From the NCBI RefSeq assembly GCF_000181795.1, contig NW_003526945.1, forward strand, positions 4,676,682-4,740,681: a stretch of DNA of 64,000 nt, in the 5' to 3' direction. The DNA comes from Trichinella spiralis (lineage: Eukaryota). The notes beneath the pieces are model-generated. The model had not been told where the DNA came from and did not search any database. It worked only from the letters and a program-made list of their open reading frames with translations. The position numbers and the translations under genes are program-made. Positions 11,400 through 22,200 of the stretch are shown in pieces (position 1 is the first letter of the stretch; every line of letters starts with the position of its first letter).

Positions 11400-12404
11400 T
11401 TATTGCATTCGTTTTATGATTTGTGCACGTTCATTGTTAGCCTCCGCTTTCCTAGCAATATACAACTCCAAAGGTATCGGTGGATCTTTAGCTATGAATT
11501 GTAACACGCTCTCCAGAGATTTGTTCACAAATACAGCCATTGTTCGGTTCGTTGAATCTGCATACTTTTTTCTTATTGATTTCAATGTCTCATGTATACG
11601 CTCATCCATTTTATCAAATGACTCGTAATTCAAGTATTCTGGATATTTGTAGGATGTTCTGAAAACAAATATTCATAAGTTTTCCATTTCTTTTCCGCAT
11701 TGCCTTATGTAAATTTTTAAATATTATCTTGAGTATTTGCAAAATTAATAAACAATTGAATCTTAATCTAAGTTTACACAGGATAAGCGTTATTGAAATT
11801 TATCTAAAGTGGGGATGCAAAGTCTATTCATAAGAATTTAATTCATACTCGTGGGTTTTATCAACTCGAAATCCGCTTTCCATAACGTTTGTCCTCAATT
11901 GCTCGTGCTGGTGATAATAGTCTAGGGATTCACTGAATCCTCCATCTATCTTCATCTCCAATACCTTGTCTTTTTCTTCTAATTTACTTTCGTACCCTTA
12001 TGAAAATAATCAGCAAATTATCAAATACATGATGATCATTTGCAATTGCTCAATGTTACCTTCAATGAAAGAATCTGCCATAAGAATACACTTTAAACTC
12101 GGCGCACAGATCACATCTGTAATATTTATGCCAGCATCACGTGATGCTGCGCCCATATAGCATGATTTTCTTTGCACTATCGGCATCACCGGCGCGTTCC
12201 ATAAGGCTCCTCGATTTCCCGCTAAAAGTGGACTGCGGTTAGTATGTTTTTCTTAAAAGAAAGTTTATTACTGTATAATTGTTTACCTTTACAGTATGGT
12301 GGAGTAGAAGGTGGCATATCTTGAATCATGATAAACCATAGCAATGGATTACAATCATTGTAATATGCAAAAGTATCAAAAGCGTACAATTCTGGTTCAG
12401 GCAT
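11400..12404 (-). CDS. Sts-1/UBASH3-like histidine phosphatase-fold protein, paralogue A4 (228 aa)
   Basis: Exons 12404-12287, 12221-12060, 11996-11849, 11658-11400 total 687 nt in an open frame: LLWFIMIQD...WNAPVMPIVQRKSCYMGAASRDAGINITDVICAPSLKCILMADSFIEG...LEMKIDGGFSE...SGFRVDKTHE...YESFDKMDERIHETLKSIRKKY...TMAVFVNKSL. Confidence 0.85.
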
Positions 12405-13047
12405 TTTTGTGCAGAACTTTCAACTCTTTAGCGTCGTCCGTTCGCAACAAAAGATTGCTCTGGAATGAAATAAAAACTAAAACCGACTTATTTATACACT
12501 TATTTTGTTTAAAGTGGAATTTAACTTTAAAATAAATGTCTTTACTTTTAAAGTTGAAATTTAGTTTAAACATCAAATTTTGCTGTCAATCAACATTTTT
12601 TATGTTGCATCTTAATTATGTTTCTTATTGTTTATTATTTATATTTTCATGTAGATGTTATAGATCGCTTCATCTATAATTGTTCAAAAAGTGCAGAGAA
12701 AATTCCATTTCATTGCACAGATATAAAATGAATGTGAACAAAAATAATCATAAGAAAATTATTTCTTTACACGGCCATATTGTTCAGTGTTGTTGATTTT
12801 TCATTCAAGTTGGAATGAAGATAAATAAGTGCAATATTACTGTGCAATAACGGTCAATTTCAATTCAGTACATAGAGCTGAAATTGAATAATTTTTTGTG
12901 CAAGTTATTTCATGTTGTGTAAGTCTCGTTTGCAGATATGGAAAAAGACAATGAATACTTCCGTAATGCTTATTATATATTTGGTAATTTTTTTTCTACA
13001 ATAAACGTAGTATTATGATTTTGAATATTTAATTGCATAATCACAAT

Positions 13048-14955
13048 TCAACAGCTTTGAACTACGATGTCTATGAGAGAAGGAGTCAAAATTACTGGCG
13101 TAATAGTTTTGCTTTCAGAAAAAAATTTTAAGTAAGGCAAATAAAGATTAAAAATCGTACCACATTTTAAATTGTATGATTCGAAAACATAACGATTAAA
13201 TATTATCAAAACTTTCGACGATGCACGCGCAACTTTGCATATGCACTTGTAATAGCCGTATTCGATATCAACAGCGATCAATTCATACTGTATGTTTTCG
13301 TGTTCCTCTTTCTTAAACGACACGTAATTGTCTTTTGAAAACGCGTTGTCGTTTCGCCGACGATGATGCCAAATGTTCAAATTGCTCATCTGCCTTTTGA
13401 TGCTTTTTTCAAATTGTTCAGCTAAACCGCCTTGGATAAATCGTCTTCTACCATTGAATCGCTTGGTGTTGATGGCAAAATGGCAAATTTCGACCGGTGA
13501 TGAACTCGTCGCATTTGAACTGGACGAATTTGAATGATGATCCATCGTTTCTACAGTAATGGAACAAGATTCGGATGTTTGACTAGAAGTTTGGATGGCA
13601 ATGCTTTCCTGACTAAAACCATCCGACCATTCGCTTATCAAAATCTTTTCATCACCGTATTCATCAAATTCCACTTTACTGTGCAAACTGATTTCACATT
13701 CAAATGCACGTTTTCTTCCATCGTTTGTTCGGTTTTCTTCACTGAAAAATTCTGAACAATATCCACATTCACCGCCCGAAGCAAAATCTTGAAATAGCTT
13801 TTTCGCAGAATTTGTTCGTTTTAATTGAATGCGTCGCAAAATGCTTGCTTTCCTTGTTTTCTTCTCATGGCAGGACGATTGTAAATCACATCGACCGACA
13901 ATTTTCACAGGCGAATCTTGTAAGCTTAAAATTTCAGGCGTACAAACGCTGATCATGGGGCAGGCAGTATTTGAGGGACATTCATTCTCATCCTTTGAAT
14001 GGCCAAAAACTGTTTCTCCCATCGAAGTCGTCACTTTCGGCAGACATTCTTCTGGCTGTTTGGTATGTGAAATAAAATTGTATCGATATCTGAAATTTAA
14101 ACTTGAAAAGAAACAGCGCCAAAAAAATCTGCATCAATTTCTATTTTACAGTAAACAGTAACCTCCTGTTGAAGACTTGCACCTTTTGCGCACGAAAATC
14201 AAATGCACAAATATTCCTGCTATGTAAAGATAATTCAACTCTACCAATAGGTCATCTATAACCGCTTAACAAATTCACTTTATACTTCGCTGCAATTAAT
14301 TGGAATTTCTTGTACCTATCCATAAAGTGCACTCTGCTCATCATGTTAAATATTCATCCCATATTTATTTTACTATAGTCGTATAATAGTCAAAATTATT
14401 GCCAGTAGTGGATGGACTGTCCGGCGCATCTTTTTTAAAAAACATTGTGACTATAGTATTTACTTCATATACTACGTGTTTACTCAATTTTTCTTTATAT
14501 TCACGCAATGTTGGACCGTGCTAGCATGAAAGCAAAAATTGTGAATGTGAAACCTCACAAGCGGAAACAACCTTGCACTGAACCTGTACATTCAAAGCAT
14601 ACATACACACTAGGATCTAAAAATAGGATGTATCTTTAAGACCGCGAACGTTAAGGGGCGATTGTATATACATAACTATTCACAACATATGCAATTATTT
14701 AAAAGCAACTGCATAAAATACTAAAATAACAGAATTTTACTTTTTACGACTGCCAGAACAGAGCATTCTTTTCTTATGTAACCCAGGCGGCGTCCAAGAT
14801 ATATCAATCTGAGAAGTCTGACTAACATGGTCCAAATCATTCAACTTTTCCTCTTGTTTTCCACTTGGCCACTTGGAACCAATTTCTTTGCTCAGAGAAC
14901 TGAGGAAAACCCGTTTAAACACTGGAACTCTGTGCGGCGATCCATGGACAGACAT
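13048..14955 (-). CDS. SPIDR: SPIDR-like (DUF4502) DNA repair scaffold homologue, short form (about 436 aa)
   Basis: Exons 14955-14741, 14216-14163, 14089-13048 splice in frame (1311 nt). GGLAEQFEKSIKRQMSNLNIWHH and KVLIIF...GTIFNLYLPY...PVIL resemble remembered human SPIDR GGLAERLNGLQNRERSAISLWRH and LKVLF...DTVRIFPPW...PVIL. Confidence 0.7.
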
Positions 14956-16361
14956 CGTAACCAACGAACCAAAATTCAATCAATTGAAACTGAAAACTTG
15001 AAATACATAAATAAATTAAACAATCAATTTTAAAAATAATAAAGATAACAATGAAAGGAAACATTCAAAGAAATTCAAAACTTCAAAATAATTCAAATGC
15101 ATATGCTTTCCGGAAAATGAAAAAATTAAAAATAAACAAAAAAACAATAGCTAATAAAATAATTTTTAAAAATAATGTTAACTTTACCACATTTTTCATA
15201 CTGTAGTTGAACAATCATACTGTAATCTAATGTGTATGAAAGGATTAAATTAAATCCATTTGTAATATTGAATTAAGAAAGAACAAATAAATGTACATTT
15301 AATTCAGTAAATAAATAAATTTTCTTTGAAACTTTTTCAAATAATGAAAATTGTCACAAACAATAACTTATAAAATATTCAGTTCATTCAATATCTCTAC
15401 AAATTGGAAACAACGATGAAAAGATTTTTTTCGAATTTCACAACTGAGTCATATTTTTAATTATGATTATTATCATTTTTATTTACATGGCGATTTATAA
15501 TCAAAGATAAAATTACTTTTATATTACATGTTACGATTTTGAAAAGATCGTAAAAAGTGATACACTTTATTCGACGCAGCTGCTGGAGTGGTAAATAAAA
15601 AGTGTCAAATAGTTGTTTACTTGATGCAATTGTGAACAAAGGGACAATTACGGGACTTTCCCTACAGTAGTTCAGGAAAAATAAATTCGAGACTTTCAAC
15701 TGTGTACATTGGAAAAAGCAAAATGAACTGTTCCGTCGCTTTTCTCACACGCCGAAAATCAACTTTCCTAAATGGTGTAAGTTAAATATGGTGGCTGATA
15801 AAAGGCTTTAGCATAAATGGCTAGGAATAATATCTCCAGCAGTTGTCATTTGATTACACCCAGTGGCAACAGTTGAACAACGCGACATCACGATTAAAAT
15901 CCCGATGAGCCTTAGTAATCATTGCATGGAAGGCAATACTGAATCTGTATCGAAAAGGGCAATTTTCATGAATATTCAACAAGAGCAAAACGTCTAGTAG
16001 TGCTGTTTCACGCATGACTCATGAAAAAATGTTCAACTGTAACGTGTGTCCAGTTTCAAGAGGTTCGCCTATATGATTAATGATGTTCACTGAGAAAAAC
16101 TGCCCAACTTAGGCAGCTGCCCAGATTATAAAGATGTCCACGTTGGCAAATTTCACTGCATTAAAATGTGCTAATTTTCTGTAAAATTAGACATCAATAA
16201 TGCCTGTTCCAATATTTAAACACAATAAATACGTTGCAATATTACTTTTTACTGTCCATGATTTTGCATACCAAGAAAAAATTAGTCGATTCACTTCATA
16301 AATAAATATATATATTTGTAGATGCGTATATCAATCGTGAGAGAAATTTGCAAAAATCTCT

Positions 16362-16866
16362 TCATTTCCTAGCATCTCTGCAATCAGAAACATTCAGATT
16401 GTAGCTGTACTTGATGCGATTTTTGCTGTTCGTCTTCTTCAGATGTTTCTCTGGCCATTTGAATTCAAAACCATGTATATCGTATACAGCGATAAATTTA
16501 CCTAGAAGGTGAATTGTACATTTTTAAAATAAAAATTTTAATAATAAATACATCGATTAAGTTTACCATCATCGGTTTCTTTGGATCTACTTTCCTCCAA
16601 GCGCTGTTCCTTTGCACTACTGCCATGATCACCGGAGGTGGATGATTCCTCAAACAAGAAAAGTGGAATATTGTTCAAAAATATAATAATTGAAGAAAAA
16701 TGTCAGTATGAACCCGTTTTCTCGACTTGTGCTGTTCTTTCTCCATTCGCGACACTAGAAAGAAAAAAAATTGATTGATTGAACAAAGTGTAAAATTTAA
16801 GCAAACTGCAATCTAACCTTTCTCAGCAGAAACTTCGAAGCCGCTTTCACTGTCATGAGTACTCAT
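16362..16866 (-). CDS. Small hydrophilic hypothetical protein (103 aa)
   Basis: Exons 16866-16818, 16754-16714, 16648-16567, 16501-16362 splice GT-AG in frame (312 nt): MSTHDSESGFEVSAEK...GKFIAVYDIHGFEFKWPEKHLKK...DARK. TTTTCAG lies directly before the ATG. Confidence 0.6.
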
Positions 16867-18672
16867 CTGAAAATAAGAATAAGTGTAAAAAATTAATCAT
16901 ACTTGTAAACCCTCAAATATTTTATAGATCTGCAATCAAAAATAGATAAAATTCCAACTGGGCGTTGTTGGTCAACCATTTCAACAATTTGAACGCGCGC
17001 GCACTATTTATTGGTAGATGCGCTAGGAATGCAAACAAAACAGGCCGCACCATAAGATCATTTACAATGAAGGCGATAATGCAGGTACAGTTACAGTAAG
17101 AAGCAAACTGCAAAGCAGTGAATGATATTTTTCAATTTTTCATCTGTACAAAATTGCACGACAAATTTGCCCGCCCCGTCTGCTTTGGATCGGATTTTCA
17201 GGTGCAATTGTCGAGTTGAATTTCAACAACTGATTTGCAACAGATGAACAATTTCAACAATATCCGGATGTTGCAATTTCACATGGTCGACGTTGGCTTG
17301 GTGAAGCAGAATCATGCTAACCTGTGACGTCAGTTGTGCAGCAGATGGTGACAAATTGCGCGTCGATCGCATGGCGTTTCGTGTTGATCGAGAGCTCTGT
17401 AGCCTGGGGCATTTTCCTCAACGCCTACGATTCTTATCTTTTCGTTTCGTTGCACTGGCCGAGTGTTTTTGCTTACTTCGTTTTGGTGAAGTTGGTCAAA
17501 TCAAATCAGATGCTGTGAATCAGGAACACAAATAAGCAAGCAATGAACCGACGAAGAAGTTCAATCTGACAGGACAGATGGAGAGAATTTGTTCAAAGCT
17601 GGCCTCTGAATCAGCAACGTTAGCTCGAAGTTGGCATGTTAAACTTTACACAAATGTATTTTCATTTCATATCAGTCAGTGGTTGTCAAAGTTGTGTTAA
17701 CTGCGACCCACGTTTTGAACAGCAATCGAATAATCCAGCAGAACACGAAAAGCTGATTCGCTTCGATCATTTTCGTGCTATCAAATGAAAATTATGAACT
17801 TAATTTCATTAATATTTATTTCATCATGGGGCACATGCCAAGGATGGACTTCGGTTTCATTTGTCTTCATTACCCACCGCATATCCTCTCACATGTGCCG
17901 TACGAACTCTGACGCATTTACCCCCCAGTTCAGAGCTTTGTCTTTTACACAGCCATCCATCGAGCGTGTTGAGCAATTTCCTTGTCTCGAAAGCCACAAC
18001 CCTCATTTTCTCGGCTAACTTCAACTCGATTTTGCCAGTCACCATTCATCGCTGTGGAAATGATTTGTTTCAGACACTTATTTTCTCTCCATTCGTTCAT
18101 TCAATCAGACTCATTTAATTTTTTTTTGCATTCTCTGGGCTGATAGTAGTGGTAAAAAGACGATCACTGGCCTAATTATATTATTACTTATGCAAAGTAT
18201 CGCAACAAATTATCGTTGTTGTTTTATTTCCACTTTTGAATTTTCATTCCATTTCAACCATTCCATATTAAAAAATAACCCTTACAGTAGGATATTTTGA
18301 ATATGAAATGTAGGTATTAAACAAATAAATTTTTTCTCATTTACAAGGAGGGGAAAGTTTGATTGGCAAACGTGGAAACAGAACTGTGTCGCCTATTTGA
18401 AATTTGCATTGTTGCTCTATTTGATCTGTTGCGCGCGAGGTCAGTGTATTGGACGTTCAGAGGTACGTTTGGAAAATGTCGACTTTTGCAAAAATGCTCG
18501 GAGGACGTAAAAAAAATTTACTACAGATTTCGATCAAATTGATATCCGTTGGTATTGAAGTTGAAAAATAATTCATTGATCAAACATATTCATTTTGATC
18601 ATTGCTGTTGATAAAGTAACAAACAGATGCTGCACAAATGCAATAAGATGGATATAATCAGCAATACACGAA

Positions 18673-18673
<1 letters not shown>

Positions 18674-18703
<30 letters not shown>

Positions 18704-18921
18704 AAGAAGAAGGAAAAACAAAGAAAACAAAACAGAAAAGAGAAAAACTTCAGTGTAGTAATAAAAGATGGCTTTTTTGTCGCCTACTGTTGAAGTTGAA
18801 AAAAAGAAGAACCGTCTTGGAACAGGAGCTGAACACAGTAAATAAGTAAATAGTATATGGATATGGATATGGATATGGATATATATATATATATGGTACA
18901 AGACAAGACAAGACAAGACAA
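18674..18921. repeat. Microsatellites (AAG)n, (ATATGG)n, (AT)n, (CAAGA)n downstream of the zinc-finger gene
   Basis: Directly visible; they explain the spurious poly-L, HIHI and MDMD ORFs. Confidence 0.95.
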
Positions 18922-19230
18922 AATGATTCAACCGTTTCTATTTTCCCCTTGTTTGAATAAAAAATTACCTGTAAAAACGAGACACTTGAAACGAGAGCTT
19001 GTGTTTCTGCCGTTACCACCAGAACAGCCAGCAAGTGTAAATACTGTTTGCGCATATGTGCACCAGAATAAGCATAAGCATACAGTGCTGGAAAAATTTT
19101 TCAAACTGAAATTTATCGTTTAAGACCCACGGGTGTGCTCTGAGGAAGTTTGCAATGAACAAAAAAATAAAATAAACGAGGATCACGATGATAATATAAT
19201 AATAGATCCATTCATGAATGGCGGCTTGTT

Positions 19231-22200
19231 TCAGGCAATTAGCTGCTGTGGACGCAGAGGCACGGCACTGGTGGATTCGTTGCCGGTTCCAGTTGCATTT
19301 GTGGCACTGGTGCTTGAGGTCTGGGATTCTACCACAGAAGTAGGCGGTGGACCAACGGAGGAGGATGTGTTGTACAGACAACGTGACATCGGCGATACCA
19401 TCGTCGGCAAATCGTTCAACGAGCTCAGGGCGCTGTATTTGAAGTGGGTTTTCATGTGGACTTTCAAATTGTCTTTGCGCGAAAAGAACCGTCCACAAAC
19501 TTCGCACGGAAACGGCTTGTCGCCGCTGTGCTGACGTTGGTGATTGCGCATCTTGGCTGCGGTCGGAAATTCCCGTTGGCACTTTGAGCACTGGTGAATT
19601 CTCGAGCCCATGTGCACGTGGGAATGCCCTGAAAGAAATTTCAATATCAAAATCAGTATGACAAACAGCTACAGACTCTGCAAGCTGAAGTGTATGGGCA
19701 TGGACACAAAAATTACAAAAAAATAAAATCCAACCGAACCAACCTTGAAGTGCACTGGGCGAATGGAACACTTTGGAACAGTGAGGACATGGATGCGAAC
19801 CACGTTGCTGAGAACTGGCCGAACGCGACATCGTCCGTGCTGCTTTTGCTGTTACTGCTGCTGCTGCTGTTGTTGTTGTTGTAGTTGGAGTAGTAGTAGT
19901 AGTAGTTGTTGTAGTTGTAGTTGTAACTGTAGTAGGAGTTATTGGTGCGGATACTGCAGTTGTTGTTTTTGATGCTGAAATTTTTGCCATTTTTGCCGGT
20001 AACACTGCCGGTGGAGACGACGACAGCCGCTTGCTACGGGTCTGACGTGCACCGGCGGCAGTAGTGGACAATGGAACGCCAGAGTCGGGTTCTGCTTTCA
20101 CCGACAGTTCGACAGACGTTGCAGTTGGAGTCAGGGGGGCGGTGGTCGTCGAGGCGACGGCGGCCATGGCCGAACTGAACAGTGCCAGAATTTGTTTCAC
20201 CTTTTCCGAGTCGTCCGGAAAAGCGGTCCAGGCGAGCAGTTCGAGAGCCGAGGCGGCCGCCGGATCCCCGCCCTTGGCGGCCGTACAGACCGACAAGTGG
20301 GATTGGAAAGCGGCCAAATCTGGCACGCTTTGACCGCAGAAGCAGTAACGCACAGTGGTTTCGTCAGAGGGCGTGGTCGAGGTTTCGGCACCGCGTCCGT
20401 GTTCCGCCAGAGTGTGGTGGTCGAGTTCGGCCCGGAAAAAGAAACGCCCACCGCAGGTCGAACACTGATAGGGTCGGTCTTCGGGGCGACTGTGAGCCGA
20501 CGTGATGTGCTGCTGCAAAGTCTGCGGCAGTGGAAATGCCGTGGCGCACAAGTAGCACTGGAAGCCCGAACCGCCCGAAAACGAGTGCTCAATCAAGTGG
20601 CACTGCAGTTTGGCCGGCGAGATGAACACCTTCTGGCAGAGCATGCAACGAGGATGCAGGCCGTCGCCAGGAACGTGAGCTTCAGTTTTGCTTGACACCA
20701 AATGCTGACGTGGCCAGTGGTTGTACGAAGCGTTGTCAAGGCGCAGGTGGAATTTTGCGTGCGTGTGCATTTCGACCGTCGAAAGCAGGCTCTGCTTGCA
20801 GATGATGCACGCCGGCGCAACTCCTCCTGTAGCGTTGCTGTTGTGCGTGCGGACGTGGGCGAAAAATTGCTCGACCGACCCAATCGGCGCCCGGCACACG
20901 GCGCACGTTTCCGAATGGACCACTTTGCAGTGTTGCAGTTTGTGTTGGGCGAGTTCGATCAGGCTGGAGCATTTCTTGTCGCAAATGTTGCACTTGTTGT
21001 TGCCGTTGTTGACCGGCGAGCCGGGACCATTGTCCAGTTGCTGTGGTTCTTCGTCGGACGTGGAAGTCTGGATCCCGTGCTCGTTGGGAACACGCTGCTC
21101 GTATAAGTGTTGCCCAGAGAACGAGTTGGAGCAGAGGGGTGAACACTGGAACGCGGCGTGGCTGTGCGCTCTGTACTCCGCTTCTGAGTCGAAAGCCAAA
21201 CAACATACAGTACAATAGTAGTGGGGCTCCGGTGGACTCGGGCTGCACTTCCTGCTGTTGTTGTTGTTGCTGTTGGCGGTGGTGGTGGTGTTGGTGTTCA
21301 ACATGTGCGCCAAACGGACGTGGGCCAGAAATTGGTCACCAGAATCGAAAGCCGCACCGCAAGCCCGACACCGGTGGCGCACTTGCTCGTCCACGTGCGC
21401 CGCGACCAAATGGCGCTGCATGTCAGCCCGTGAATCGAACAAGCTGCCGCACAGCGAGCACCGGTAAGCATGCACGGCGTGCACTTGGAACATGTGCTCG
21501 TTCAGTTCGTCGGCTCGTGGGAACCAACGCCCGCAGGCTTGACAACACTGCCGACATTCTTTTTGCAAATAATGAGTGAGCAGGTGAGAGTTGAGCCGGT
21601 CGTCGGATTCGGCCACAAGACCGCAGAGGTGGCAGCGGCGCCCACCAGCGGTTTGTCGAAGCGCCGGCATCTGGCCAGTGAACATCCTCAACGGGTTCAA
21701 CGCCGTGTCGCACTGGCCGCACTGGTATGCCTGGGCGTTGGCGCTGGCGCCGTCAACCGCGGCGGCGGATTTACGGTGCGCGGACGAGGCGTGGCAGTGG
21801 AGCGCCAGAATGCTGTCGAAGCAACGACCGCAAAAATCGCAGTCGTACGTCGGGTCGGCGCTGATCGGAGGCAATTGTAAATCTTTCAAAGAATGCTTGT
21901 GCAGGGTGTGCTTTTGCAAATCGCCCACGTTCGCTTTCAACTCGCCACAAAAGCCGCAACTGTACGCCGTTGCTGTGTTCGACGAGGGCCAGCTGTCTAC
22001 GCCGGCTGTCAACGAGGGCAGGGTCGAAGCCAGTTCGTTGAACTGAGACAGCAGTGGTCGATCTGTTGTACCGCCGTGGTGCGCGGCTTCCAAGTGGGCT
22101 TCGAACGCCTCGGACGAGTCGAAGTTCAACGAGCACAACACGCAGCAAGCATACTGGGCCCCAGTAGTGGAAACAGACCCGGACCGTTCGGCGTTGGAAA

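Noticed and set aside
15850..15970. FSIAFHAMITKAH on the minus strand, reminiscent of the Pif1/Helitron AFAMTINKAQG motif
   Set aside because: No following GQLYVALSR motif or other helicase motifs.
19013..19743. C-terminal part of the listed 1157 aa ORF, including an apparent transmembrane tail
   Set aside because: It reads through the 19743-19629 intron in the wrong frame; the spliced frame completes the finger HSHVH and stops at 19231.
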